From Nitrospiraceae bacterium (GTDB lineage: Bacteria > Nitrospirota > Nitrospiria > Nitrospirales > Nitrospiraceae), in the NCBI GenBank assembly GCA_037442105.1, contig JBBIQV010000014.1, positions 1 to 60,718 on the forward strand: DNA of 60,718 bases, given 5' to 3'. Numbering within the stretch: position 1 is the first letter of the stretch; every line of letters begins with the position of its first letter. A program made the translations under genes and the position numbers. Below the pieces are notes generated by a model, which saw only the letters and a list, made by a program, of their open reading frames with translations, had not been told where the DNA came from and made no database searches. Below, piece after piece: positions 30,472 through 40,202 of this stretch.

Positions 30472-31035
30472 ATGGCGAACTCCCCGACACATTGCATACG
30501 TTCTTGTGGGCAGCAACGGAGCAGCGTCCTGACCGTGCCACCTTGCACGCGTTGCGGCGAAACATTTGTGCGGCACATGCCCACCGGCGGGCTGGTCGAT
30601 CACCTGTTGGCATTCGCGCGCATCACCTCTTTCCGCTGTCAGGTCTGTACCAATCGTTTCAGGACATTCCAGTGGCAGGCTCGCGCAAGGCAAGCGTCTG
30701 ACTCGCGCCAGTATCAACGCATCCCGGCCAATGTCCGTGCGACGTTTTTCGATGGACGGACGATTCGAAAGGGAGGAATGGTCGCTCTCTCGATGGGAGG
30801 TTGTACCATGAAAGTCGGCGCACCCTTGCCGCAAGGAGCGTTCATAGAGCTTTGGATGTGGCCGCCGGACCAGATCATTCCGATCAGGGTCAGCGTGGCC
30901 ATGGTCCGCTCGGTCCGGTCGACATCCGTCGGTCTCCAGTTCCTGGAGTTCACGCCCGGAGAGCAGGGTCGGCTGAGCCGATTCGTGCATAACCTGTTAC
31001 GCCGCCAACTCGTCGTGACGGAAGCCGGAGCGTAG
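30472..31035 (+). CDS. PilZ-domain protein with an N-terminal CxxC/CxxC segment
   Basis: CTRC...CQVC, then RQYQR (RxxxR), LSMGG and GLQF. Confidence 0.75.
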   Translation: MANSPTHCIRSCGQQRSSVLTVPPCTRCGETFVRHMPTGGLVDHLLAFARITSFRCQVCTNRFRTFQWQARARQASDSRQYQRIPANVRATFFDGRTIRKGGMVALSMGGCTMKVGAPLPQGAFIELWMWPPDQIIPIRVSVAMVRSVRSTSVGLQFLEFTPGEQGRLSRFVHNLLRRQLVVTEAGA

Positions 31036-31112
31036 TGAGCCCACAGCAATTCATGCAGGAGGACTTGCCATCATTTCAGTTCTCCCAACTTCTTATGGAG
31101 GAGGGACATACG

Positions 31113-31508
31113 GTGCGTATCCTACTTGTGGAAGACGATGAGTGGATCGTCGGTTTCATGAAGCGCGGACTTGAAGCTGAAGAATATGAGGTGGACCTCG
31201 CTTCGGGAAAAGCTCAGACCCTCGATCTGACCGAATCCCGCACCTACGACGTCATCATCCTGGACATCTTTCTGGGACCGGATGACGGGCTTGACATCTG
31301 CCGGACTCTTCGGCGGCGATCGGTGGAAACTCCCATTCTGGTCATGACGGCCAAGGATTCCGCAGAGACCATAAAGGCGAGCGCGGAAGCCGGCGCGAAC
31401 GCGTACCTTCCGAAGCCCTTTCTGTTCGAAGAACTCTTGGTGACGATCAAGCGTCTTCGCGAGTCTTCTGTGTCTTCTGATTCCCTGAAAGAAGTCCAGG
31501 CAGAATGA
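31113..31508 (+). CDS. Single-domain response regulator (receiver only)
   Basis: RILLVEDD...IILD...TA...KPF with no output domain; GGAGGAGG RBS. Confidence 0.85.
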   Translation: MRILLVEDDEWIVGFMKRGLEAEEYEVDLASGKAQTLDLTESRTYDVIILDIFLGPDDGLDICRTLRRRSVETPILVMTAKDSAETIKASAEAGANAYLPKPFLFEELLVTIKRLRESSVSSDSLKEVQAE

Positions 31509-31659
31509 CCCAGTGCTTCAGAGTAAGGCAGACGACTGCGTTTACATATCACCACGTGTCTCGTCAAACGGACGTGGATGCATCGGAGAGGGACATAAGG
31601 GTCGTATCGACTTTCACCTGAGAGGACCCTATGAGTCCCTAGGAGATAAAGGAGCGGTC

Positions 31660-32871
31660 ATGAAAAGACTCCTCATCTATTCCCACGACACCTTCGGTCT
31701 CGGAAATATCCGGCGGGTACTGGCGATCTCCACCTATCTGCTCGACGCAATCCCGGACTTGTCGATTCTCATCGTGACCGGGTCCCCCATGATCCATAGC
31801 TTCCGGATTCCGAAGCGGCTTGATTACATCAAGCTCCCTTGCCTCAGCCGAACGGAGCGGGAGGGGTACTCGGCAAAATATATCGAGTCGAGCACGAGCG
31901 AGATCGTTCGCATGAGGGCCGGTCTGATCCTGTCGGCAGTGATCAACTTTGCGCCGGACGTCATGCTCATCGACAAAAAACCTTACGGCGTCAAGCACGA
32001 ATTGAAAGAAGCCCTTGCGATGGTGAAGGCCTATCTTCCCAAAACCAAGCTCCTCCTGCTCCTCCGGGATATCCTCGATACACCGGCGTCAACCTCGAAG
32101 GTATGGAAGGAAAACGGATACTACGAAGCCGTAGAAACCGCGTACGATCTCGTCCTCGTTCTTGGTAAGCCGGAAATCTTCGATCCTCGAAGCGAGTACG
32201 ACTTCCCGATATCGGCCGCAGGAAAAGTCGAATTCTGCGGATACCTTCGCCCCCAGGCACCGCTCAAAAACCGGGAAACGATCAGGCAGGAGCTTCACGT
32301 AGGGGACGATGAACGACTCATCCTCGTCACCGCAGGCGGGGGAGAAGACGGATATGCGCTTCTCGACACCTATGCCATGGCCTTGAAGCACATCTCTCCT
32401 GGGATGCGCGCTCACAGCTTGATCGTGTCCGGACCCGAGATGCCGGAGCCGCAACGGACCATGTTGAGCCGATTGGTGTCGGGGTACCCCAAGGCCAACA
32501 TGCTTGAATTCACCAACGACCTCCTGAGTTACATGAACGCCTCCGACCTCGTCGTCGCGATGGGAGGCTACAACACCGTCTGTGAAATTCTGAGTCTCAA
32601 GAAACGCGCGATTATTGTGCCTCGCGTCAGGCCGGTGGAGGAACAATGGATCCGCGCCGAACGCATGGCGCGCATGGGACTTCTGACCACCATTCATCCG
32701 GACTCGTTGAATCCGGACGACTTGCTCCGCACGATTCTGACGGAACTTGGTTCCGAGCCGCCTGCGCGTCCTTCCATGGATCTGGCCGCGCTTCCCACGC
32801 TCACGAGTTACGTCTCAATGATGCTGAACGGCAAGCATGACCCGGCCCAACCTCATTGCATCTCTCACTAA
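31660..32871 (+). CDS. COG4671-type glycosyltransferase (GT28-like C-terminus)
   Basis: IYSHDTFGLGNIRR, LVTAGGGEDG, MGGYNTVCE, EQWIRA. Confidence 0.85.
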   Translation: MKRLLIYSHDTFGLGNIRRVLAISTYLLDAIPDLSILIVTGSPMIHSFRIPKRLDYIKLPCLSRTEREGYSAKYIESSTSEIVRMRAGLILSAVINFAPDVMLIDKKPYGVKHELKEALAMVKAYLPKTKLLLLLRDILDTPASTSKVWKENGYYEAVETAYDLVLVLGKPEIFDPRSEYDFPISAAGKVEFCGYLRPQAPLKNRETIRQELHVGDDERLILVTAGGGEDGYALLDTYAMALKHISPGMRAHSLIVSGPEMPEPQRTMLSRLVSGYPKANMLEFTNDLLSYMNASDLVVAMGGYNTVCEILSLKKRAIIVPRVRPVEEQWIRAERMARMGLLTTIHPDSLNPDDLLRTILTELGSEPPARPSMDLAALPTLTSYVSMMLNGKHDPAQPHCISH

Positions 32872-32885
32872 CGGTGACGCACGGC

Positions 32886-34160
32886 ATGAAGACGAACACG
32901 CAGACAGTGGGGTATCTCCTCAAGACCTTTCCCAAGGTCTCGGAGACCTTCATCCTCAATGAAATCCTGGGCCTGGAACGGCAGGGAATCGCCCTTGAAA
33001 TATTCTCTCTTTGCCGTCCCGCCGACAGCGAATTCCACTGTGTGTCGGCGCAGGTCCAGGCTCCGGTCCGCTACCTTCCCTACGGCCTCTCGCGTTGGGC
33101 GCTGCCCGCTCTGAAAGCCCACGTCCGCCTGTGCCGTCGAGACCCCCGGCGGTATGCCAAGGCCGTCCGGTCTATCGCCGGACGGAAGGAAGGCTTGACG
33201 GTTTTCAAGTTTCTCAAGGCCGGCTATCTCGCCGCCTTGCTTGAGGAACGTGGTATTCAGCACCTGCACGCGCACTTTGCCAACGTTCCCGCAACCATGG
33301 CCGAGCTCGTCCATCTCCTGACCGGGCTCCCCTTCAGCTTCACGGCTCACGCCAAGGACATCTATCTATCGGATCCCGACATACTGAATCGGAAAATTCA
33401 CCATGCCGAGTTCGTCGTCACCTGCACGGAGTACAACCGCGCCTTTCTCCAAAATATCTCCACCAACGGCACTCCCATCCATCGCGTCTATCACGGGCTC
33501 GATCTGGACCGATTTCAACCTGCCGGCTCCGCCGGCCCGGAAGGGGGACAGTCCCTGGTCGGGACAGTCCCCGCCGGTGCCTGTCCCCATGTTCCAATGC
33601 TGCTCAGCGTCGGCCGCCTGAGAGAGAAAAAAGGCTTTCCTGTCCTTCTGCAGGCCTGCCGAATCCTCAAGGACCGAGGATACCGATTTCGCTGCCAGAT
33701 CGTCGGGTATGGACCGCTCCAACCGGAACTCGAACGCCTGATTCGAGCCCTCGATCTCACGGACCACGTATTCCTCCTGGGCAAGAAACCTCATACCGAG
33801 GTACTGGCCCTGTACCGGCAAGCCACGGTGTTCGTGCTGCCGTGCCAAATCACGAGCGATGGGGATCGAGACGGCATCCCGAATGTGCTGCTGGAGGCCA
33901 TGGCGATGCAGGTGCCGGTTGTCTCGACCGACATTTCCGGAATCCCCGAACTCATTGATCACATGACCAACGGGTTGACGGTGCCGCCGGAAAATCCGGA
34001 GGCCCTCACGCAGGCTCTCGCTCGGCTCCTGGACAGGCCCGACCTTCGGGTCGCGCTTGGGCGGGCAGGCCGCGACAAGGTCTCCGAACGGTTCGCTCAC
34101 TCATGCGCCACCGCGACCCTTCAAACCCTCTTCACCGGAACATGCGAGGTGTCGCGATGA
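32886..34160 (+). CDS. GT4 glycosyltransferase (WcaL-like)
   Basis: FPKVSETFI, HLHAHF, TAHAKDIY, DRDGIPNVLLEAMA. Confidence 0.9.
   Translation: MKTNTQTVGYLLKTFPKVSETFILNEILGLERQGIALEIFSLCRPADSEFHCVSAQVQAPVRYLPYGLSRWALPALKAHVRLCRRDPRRYAKAVRSIAGRKEGLTVFKFLKAGYLAALLEERGIQHLHAHFANVPATMAELVHLLTGLPFSFTAHAKDIYLSDPDILNRKIHHAEFVVTCTEYNRAFLQNISTNGTPIHRVYHGLDLDRFQPAGSAGPEGGQSLVGTVPAGACPHVPMLLSVGRLREKKGFPVLLQACRILKDRGYRFRCQIVGYGPLQPELERLIRALDLTDHVFLLGKKPHTEVLALYRQATVFVLPCQITSDGDRDGIPNVLLEAMAMQVPVVSTDISGIPELIDHMTNGLTVPPENPEALTQALARLLDRPDLRVALGRAGRDKVSERFAHSCATATLQTLFTGTCEVSR
33544..33588. repeat. GGGGACAG..CTGTCCCC REP-like element in frame in the GT4 gene
   Basis: Encodes GQSLVGTVPAGACP. The 16-mer GCCGGTGCCTGTCCCC also occurs at 52420-52435 and, reverse-complemented, at 56349-56364. 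Confidence 0.8.
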
Positions 34161-35524
34161 CACCGATTGAAACTGCCGGCGCCTCCCGAAGGTCAGTCGG
34201 CACGCACGAGCCGAAGGTCGAGGTTCCATCCTTGGAAGGTGTGCGCAGCTTCCTCCATGCGCAGCTTGTCGCTCAAGGCACGCTTCGGAACCTCAGCCTC
34301 CGGCGCGCCTGGGTTGATCCTGTTCAAGGGTTGCGGCTCCTGTACCAGGGATGGAACGCGGACGACTCAGCAGCCATCCTCTGCGCCGCTGAAACTCTGG
34401 ACCCATCGGTCGGCTTCAAAGAAGCAGAAAGGCTCAATCGACAATTTCGAGAGAGAGCAGCCGATCCGTCGAGACCGCGAGCGCAAGCCGCCGCCTATTC
34501 ACCCGATCTCGGACTGATCTTTACCATGTTTCCCATCGATCGCCATCTGACATCGCTCAGCAGGGCAATAGACCCGCGGTTGATGAAACCGGTCCTGGAA
34601 ACCCGGCTCGACCAGGCCGCATTGCCGCATCGCCTCAGCCAGATCGCCATCGGACCGGTTCAATACAAACCGGGTCGGAAGTGCATGCTGGAGTATCGCC
34701 TGGAATGGGAAACCCCGGCCGACCGAAGGGAACTGCCGCCACTGGTCTATGGCCGTGTGTCGCGCCACGCGAGACGAGCCTATACGACTCTTCAGGCCTT
34801 GCGCGAGGCATCCTCCGAACACGCGTTTCGCTTTCCCCAACCTGTGGCCCTGATTGAGGACCTTGAACTGGAGTTGATAGGCCACCTCCCAGGACGGCCT
34901 CTTTCCCGACTGTGTCATGACCCGGACTTTCCTCGCTGGTGTGGAGCAGCCGGCGAGGGACTGGCGGAGTTCCACCGCGCTCCTGTCGTGCTGGAGAGAC
35001 GGGCGAGTGAGCCCCTCGACCCGGCACGAATCGAGCAGTGCGCTGCACGCTTGGCCGAGGAGTTGCCTGAGTACGGACCCCGCATCCGATCCGTCGCGCA
35101 GGCCATCTCCCGGAGGTTCGCCGGCGCTGACGGGCTACTCAGCCCCGTTCATGGCGACTTTCACCCCGGCAACATCTTGGTCGACGAAAGCCGGCTTGGT
35201 CTGTTGGATTTTGAAGCCTGCGGGATGGGTCAGCCCGAAAGCGATGTGGGATTTTTTTGCGCCGAGCTCACGTTGCTGTCGCTCAAAGAATTCGGCGAGA
35301 CCGGCGCATTGGATGCCGGCCTTCGCGCATTCATCGAGGCCTACAGGCGTACCGCCACCGGCGCTTACATAGGCGATCTGGGCGCCTATGCCGCCGCAGC
35401 CTGTCTATGGTGCGCCGATTACCAATGCCTCAGGCGCCCCGAAGCGGCCGGTTGGCGAGAGCGCGCCCAAGCCATGGTCGAGGCAGCCGGCCGGCTGGCC
35501 CAAGAGGACCCAACAGGATGCTGA
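34157..35524 (+). CDS. Aminoglycoside-phosphotransferase-like kinase
   Basis: YKPGRKC, HGDFHPGNILV, LLDFE. Confidence 0.8.
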   Translation: MTPIETAGASRRSVGTHEPKVEVPSLEGVRSFLHAQLVAQGTLRNLSLRRAWVDPVQGLRLLYQGWNADDSAAILCAAETLDPSVGFKEAERLNRQFRERAADPSRPRAQAAAYSPDLGLIFTMFPIDRHLTSLSRAIDPRLMKPVLETRLDQAALPHRLSQIAIGPVQYKPGRKCMLEYRLEWETPADRRELPPLVYGRVSRHARRAYTTLQALREASSEHAFRFPQPVALIEDLELELIGHLPGRPLSRLCHDPDFPRWCGAAGEGLAEFHRAPVVLERRASEPLDPARIEQCAARLAEELPEYGPRIRSVAQAISRRFAGADGLLSPVHGDFHPGNILVDESRLGLLDFEACGMGQPESDVGFFCAELTLLSLKEFGETGALDAGLRAFIEAYRRTATGAYIGDLGAYAAAACLWCADYQCLRRPEAAGWRERAQAMVEAAGRLAQEDPTGC

Positions 35525-36855
35525 GAAAGGCCACCGTGACAGACGCCATGCCGATCAGCGCACCAACCATTGCCGACTTCCGGGATCCACGGCTCCCAGG
35601 CCTTTCCCTGCTCCTGGATCCCGAAGCCATGAAGAACACGTTCGCCGAGAGTTTTTTTGAACAAGCCGCCGGGCAATCCGACGATCGGTTGCAGTGCCGT
35701 CTTCTTTCCGCATGGTACAGCCCTGGAAAGCAGTGCCATGCGCTCTACGAAATCACGTGGCCTGATCGCGCCGATCGGCGGCTCCTTGTCGCCCACACGA
35801 ACAGCGCGCGTGGCCATCACCCGCTCCCTCGCCTGCTCAGAACAGCCGGCGTTCAACATATCGCCAGACAGGGGGTCTGGCTCTGGGGATTTCCGAACGA
35901 TCCTGCGCTACCCTGGCTCGCTTGTTTGACCGATTCGGACACGCTCAAATCCGTCATCCCCTATGCTATCGGCGCAACATCGCGCGAGTATCACGTGGAA
36001 GTCTTACGCTATGCGCCGCTGAAGCGGTGCGCGCTCCGCCTGGCCCTCTCCTCTACCACACAAGAGCCTCAGGAGGTGCTCGTCGCCAAGATAGACGTCA
36101 ACGGCGCTCCAGCCAAAGCCCACGCGGTGATGACGCAGCTCTGGGAGCATCGCCTGAGAGGAGATCGGCGCTATGAAGTCGCCGAACCGTTAGGGGACTC
36201 CCCCGCCGGCGGGTTTCTCTGGCAACGCTGGTGTCCGGGCGAGCGGTTCGCAGATGCGGCCAAGCGCCTGGGGCTTCTTCGAGCCACCCGCTTGGCCGCC
36301 GAGGCTCTGGCGGATCTTCACCAAGCCCCCATCGAAGGATTGTCCCGGCGCACGGCGGCCGAGGACCAGGCCAAGCTGACACACCGCGCCCGCGTGCTGG
36401 CGGAATTTCACCCGAGCCTGACCGAGCCCGTGCGTCGCGTCGCGTCGCGCTTGGCCGAATCAGCGATCTTCTCGGACTCCTCAGTCGTCGTGCCTCTCCA
36501 CGGAGATTTCAACGATGGGCAACTGCTCATTCACCACGAGCGGCCGATCGTGCTCGATTTTGACGCCTGCGCCTTGGGCGACCCTCACTACGATCTTGGG
36601 CACTTCATCGCGGGCCTCTACCGCCTGGTCCGCAGCGGCATCGTGTCCGAGTCGGACCTGCGCTCGGCCGAGGCCGAGTTCCGGGACACCTACCAGTCCA
36701 ACGTGCCGTGGCACGTCTCCCGGACACGCTTGGAACATGTTGTCGCGCTGGCTCTGATCTGCCGGCGGGCACACAAGGCCCTCCGCAGGCTGGAACCGGG
36801 AGCCGTCGAATCCATTCGGACCTATGTCGCTCACGCCGAAGCGCATCTCGGCTAA
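35518..36855 (+). CDS. Second APH-like kinase
   Basis: FPNDPALP, RYAPLKRC, HGDFNDGQLLI, VLDFD. Confidence 0.8.
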   Translation: MLRKATVTDAMPISAPTIADFRDPRLPGLSLLLDPEAMKNTFAESFFEQAAGQSDDRLQCRLLSAWYSPGKQCHALYEITWPDRADRRLLVAHTNSARGHHPLPRLLRTAGVQHIARQGVWLWGFPNDPALPWLACLTDSDTLKSVIPYAIGATSREYHVEVLRYAPLKRCALRLALSSTTQEPQEVLVAKIDVNGAPAKAHAVMTQLWEHRLRGDRRYEVAEPLGDSPAGGFLWQRWCPGERFADAAKRLGLLRATRLAAEALADLHQAPIEGLSRRTAAEDQAKLTHRARVLAEFHPSLTEPVRRVASRLAESAIFSDSSVVVPLHGDFNDGQLLIHHERPIVLDFDACALGDPHYDLGHFIAGLYRLVRSGIVSESDLRSAEAEFRDTYQSNVPWHVSRTRLEHVVALALICRRAHKALRRLEPGAVESIRTYVAHAEAHLG

Positions 36856-36872
36856 GAAGAAAGGAAACACCG

Positions 36873-37988
36873 ATGTCACAGATACAGGTCTCCACCGATC
36901 CGGAAAACCATCTGATTCAGATCAAGCCGGCAGGGGGTACCCACCTCCATGCCAAACGGGAGGAAGTGCATGCTGAGAAAGGCTTGCGGACGATGAGCCT
37001 TGCGCCGAACGAGGAGGGCCTCTATTCGAAAAAGTTCATGATCGAGCCGACGAGCCTCTGCAACCTCAAGTGCCCCCTCTGCCCGGTGCCGAGCCACCTG
37101 CACCGGCCCACCGGTCACATGACGATGGAGACCTATAAACATGCGATCGACAGCATTGCCGGCTATGCCAAGAAGGTCGATCTCTGGAATTTCGGGGAAC
37201 CGTTCCTGAACCCCGAGTTATTCGACATGATCCGGTACGCCGAAGACCGCCGGATCAAGGTGCGCGTCAGCACCAACTCCACGTTCCTGAGCGCCGAGGA
37301 GATCGACAAGATTTTCTGGTCCAATCTCAGCTCCATCATCGTCTGCCTCGACGGCGCCAGCAAGGACACGCATGAACGGTATCGCATCGGCAGCGAGTTC
37401 GAAAAGGTCGTCGAAGGTATCCGGGCGCTGGCCCGGAAGAAGCGCGCCCTGGGACGGGAGCGACCGTTCATCCGGCTCCAGTTCCTCGTGTTCAGCTACA
37501 ACGAGCATGAGATCGACGACATTATCGCTCTGGCGGAAGAGATGCAAGTGGACCAGCTCTCGTTGAAAAACCTCTCGCTGGGGACCTGGATCGGAGAGAG
37601 TATCCGGCAAAGCATCGGGAGGAAGCTGCTGCCGAAGGATGAGAAATTCCGCAAGTATCGCGTGGAAGCCAACAACTTTGAACTGAAGGCGCAGGACGAG
37701 GTCTGCAGTTGGGCCTATGCCAACGGCGTGGTCTTGGCCAACGGCGATGTGACCACCTGCTGCTACGACAGCAGCGGCGACCATGCGTTTGCGAACGTCC
37801 ACAAGGACGGCGGGTTGATGCAGATTCTGAAAAGCGACGCCATGAAGAAGGTACGGGGGCAGATCATCGCGCGGGAGCTGGCTCTCTGCAAGACCTGCCA
37901 GTACAGCGATTACGGAGCGACGCACATTAATTTCGAGTACCGGCCGGACACGGTCATCACCGGCGCACCAGCGCCGACACCCAACTAA
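36873..37988 (+). CDS. Radical SAM enzyme with a SPASM/Twitch auxiliary-cluster domain
   Basis: CNLKCPLC, FGEPFL, STN; C-terminal C...NGDVTTCCYD...CKTC. Confidence 0.9.
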   Translation: MSQIQVSTDPENHLIQIKPAGGTHLHAKREEVHAEKGLRTMSLAPNEEGLYSKKFMIEPTSLCNLKCPLCPVPSHLHRPTGHMTMETYKHAIDSIAGYAKKVDLWNFGEPFLNPELFDMIRYAEDRRIKVRVSTNSTFLSAEEIDKIFWSNLSSIIVCLDGASKDTHERYRIGSEFEKVVEGIRALARKKRALGRERPFIRLQFLVFSYNEHEIDDIIALAEEMQVDQLSLKNLSLGTWIGESIRQSIGRKLLPKDEKFRKYRVEANNFELKAQDEVCSWAYANGVVLANGDVTTCCYDSSGDHAFANVHKDGGLMQILKSDAMKKVRGQIIARELALCKTCQYSDYGATHINFEYRPDTVITGAPAPTPN

Positions 37989-37999
37989 GGAGCAACACA

Positions 38000-39199
38000 A
38001 TGGAACGACAGGAATACCTTGAGCGAGCAGGCCGTCACATCTTCTATTCGGAGCCGATCGATGTCGGCGCCCAACTCTGCCTGGAGAACCTGAGATACGG
38101 CGTCGCGAAGATGCACGCCGTGCAGGAACAGCTCGGGTTCAAACCCGACGCCACGTTCGTGGCGTCTCCCGACTGCACCATCACGGTCAACGAGTACCGC
38201 TGGAATACGGGATTCGGCTACGGCGGGAAGCTGGCCTGGGGAGACGGTGATTCCGACCTCGTCTTTCTGGAAACCAAGCCCAACTGTTGCGGGATGCTGG
38301 TGGGAGGGCTCCGGACTCTCCCCGCGAAAGAGACCGTGATGAACCGCGCGGTCAGGATGAAGCAAGAACGCTGTGAAGTGGACGGCATCAAGATCAAGTG
38401 GAACCTGGAAAAAGGCAACCACTTCGTGGACGTGTTCGAAGTGCGGCCGCTGAGCCCCGAGCCGAAACTTCCGCCCTACGCCTTCATGCTCCATACGTCC
38501 GGGAGCGAGCTCAAGAAGGAGACGAAGCTCGGACCGGGGCTCTACATCGACTCCAGCGAAACCTTGAATCAGATGGCCGAGTACATCGACACGCCGTTCG
38601 GCCGATCGCCGATTCTCACCGGCACGAAGGCGAAAGACTACTACGACTTCTACAAGGTCGCGGACGACTTCGCTCACCGCCGGCGCATTCGGGCCGGTGA
38701 ACTACTGTTCGAGGACTTCGAGCTGATCGTGGACGCCACCCACCAAGGGCTGACCGATCAGAACGCCATTGCGTTGGGGACGAATACGCTCCACCTCGGT
38801 CATGGGAGTAGGTTTTTCCCCCTCGCGCTTCAGCCGGACCTGCCGTCCTACTTGATGGAAGGATTCCAGAATTACACGCCGGCCACCATCGACCAAATCG
38901 GGTGGACCAAGCGAGCGACGGAGTTGGGGGTCACTCACCGGCTGCTGGGAGCGGACTTGCTGCCTCACGGAGCGGGGTACAACTTCCCCCAACTCGATAA
39001 AGTCGTCAAGGTCCATGAATTAGACGGCAAACGCGTGTTCGAAGTGAAATCCAGACGGGGAAAAGGAGTGGAACTCATCGGCGACTTTTCAAACCTGCCC
39101 TTCGAGTACCGCGGCGAGGAAATTCTCAAGCGGACGGAGGAACTGGGTTTAGGTCGCGCGGTGGCGGCGCTCATCCCGGTGTATGTGTTCAAAATCTAG
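38000..39199 (+). CDS. Divergent RtcB-fold protein
   Basis: RtcB-like motifs in order: SPDC..GFGYGG, PNCCGM, GNHFVD, LHTSGS, THQ, PHGAGY, LPFEYR, LIPVYVFK. Confidence 0.7.
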   Translation: MERQEYLERAGRHIFYSEPIDVGAQLCLENLRYGVAKMHAVQEQLGFKPDATFVASPDCTITVNEYRWNTGFGYGGKLAWGDGDSDLVFLETKPNCCGMLVGGLRTLPAKETVMNRAVRMKQERCEVDGIKIKWNLEKGNHFVDVFEVRPLSPEPKLPPYAFMLHTSGSELKKETKLGPGLYIDSSETLNQMAEYIDTPFGRSPILTGTKAKDYYDFYKVADDFAHRRRIRAGELLFEDFELIVDATHQGLTDQNAIALGTNTLHLGHGSRFFPLALQPDLPSYLMEGFQNYTPATIDQIGWTKRATELGVTHRLLGADLLPHGAGYNFPQLDKVVKVHELDGKRVFEVKSRRGKGVELIGDFSNLPFEYRGEEILKRTEELGLGRAVAALIPVYVFKI

Positions 39200-39271
39200 G
39201 GGACCGGCCCCCTTCCTGCGCGTCTTCCTGTCTGCGTGCAACGCACAGGCAGGCGCGCGGGGCCTGTCCCC
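39199..39271. repeat. Composite nested palindrome (two REP families)
   Basis: GGGGACCGGCCCC ... GGGGCCTGTCCCC encloses CCTGTCTGCGTGC-aac-GCACAGGCAGG. Confidence 0.7.
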
Positions 39272-39312
39272 CTCGCGAACGTTGTCGCATGAAACAATAG
39301 GGAAGGCTATTT

Positions 39313-40173
39313 ATGCCGAAAACCCGAAGCTTGACTGAAATCAACGATCGGCTCATCGAGGGTTCTACCGTCCTCGAAACCACGCTGTCGGAGATGCTGG
39401 CCAGGCGAAGTCCTCTGAAGGTCCTGGAAGTCGGCTTCGGCCATGGACGCGCGTTGATGGAACTCGCCTGGAAGTTCCGCGACGCCCCCATCAGCTTCTA
39501 TGGGATCAACAAAAAACCCGCCAGAGCGATGCGTGAGCGCGAGGACTTGCTCGAAACGGCGCGGCTGTACCACATCGTTCCCGACCACGAACCGGCCACC
39601 ATCACGTTGCCTAACGTGTCTTTCTACGACGCGACGCGCCTGCATTTCGAGGACTCGAGTCTCGATGTGATTTACTCGGCGGTCTCGCTTCGGTTCTTCG
39701 AGGACAAGGCAACCTTCCTGGAAGAAGTCGCTCGAGTCCTGAGACCGGGGGGAACAGCCTTGCTCGACTTCAGCGAACTCCCTTGGGATCATCCCCATAC
39801 CCTGACGCGCGACCATACGCTCTTAACCCCGGCCTTGAGCCATTTTGTGCTCATGTACGGGAATGAACTGATTCCCGTTTCATCCTACCTCAAGCTGTTC
39901 GAAGACCACGCATTTGAGTGGCGCTTTCTAAGGAAGGACCGCTTCACGCTCTCTGCGCGGAAGTTGAAACCCGGACGCTTGGATCTCAAACTGGCGTTCA
40001 ATGCGGCGCTCAGCCGCCCGATGCGGGAACTTTCTCATCAACATCAAGAAATCCTTGGGAAGGAGAAAGGAGGGTTCCGCAGCGTGTACGACATCCATCC
40101 GGATGTGTATCGCGCCTTGTGCGAGCGCGGACTCCTCTCCCGAGAACAGGTGTGCGCCGTGACGAAGGACTGA
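39313..40173 (+). CDS. Class I SAM-dependent methyltransferase
   Basis: VLEVGFGHG, DATRLHFEDSSLDVIYS, RVLRPGG. Confidence 0.85.
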   Translation: MPKTRSLTEINDRLIEGSTVLETTLSEMLARRSPLKVLEVGFGHGRALMELAWKFRDAPISFYGINKKPARAMREREDLLETARLYHIVPDHEPATITLPNVSFYDATRLHFEDSSLDVIYSAVSLRFFEDKATFLEEVARVLRPGGTALLDFSELPWDHPHTLTRDHTLLTPALSHFVLMYGNELIPVSSYLKLFEDHAFEWRFLRKDRFTLSARKLKPGRLDLKLAFNAALSRPMRELSHQHQEILGKEKGGFRSVYDIHPDVYRALCERGLLSREQVCAVTKD

Positions 40174-40202
40174 TGAACCCGCGCGATGGACACAGGTGAT
40201 GT

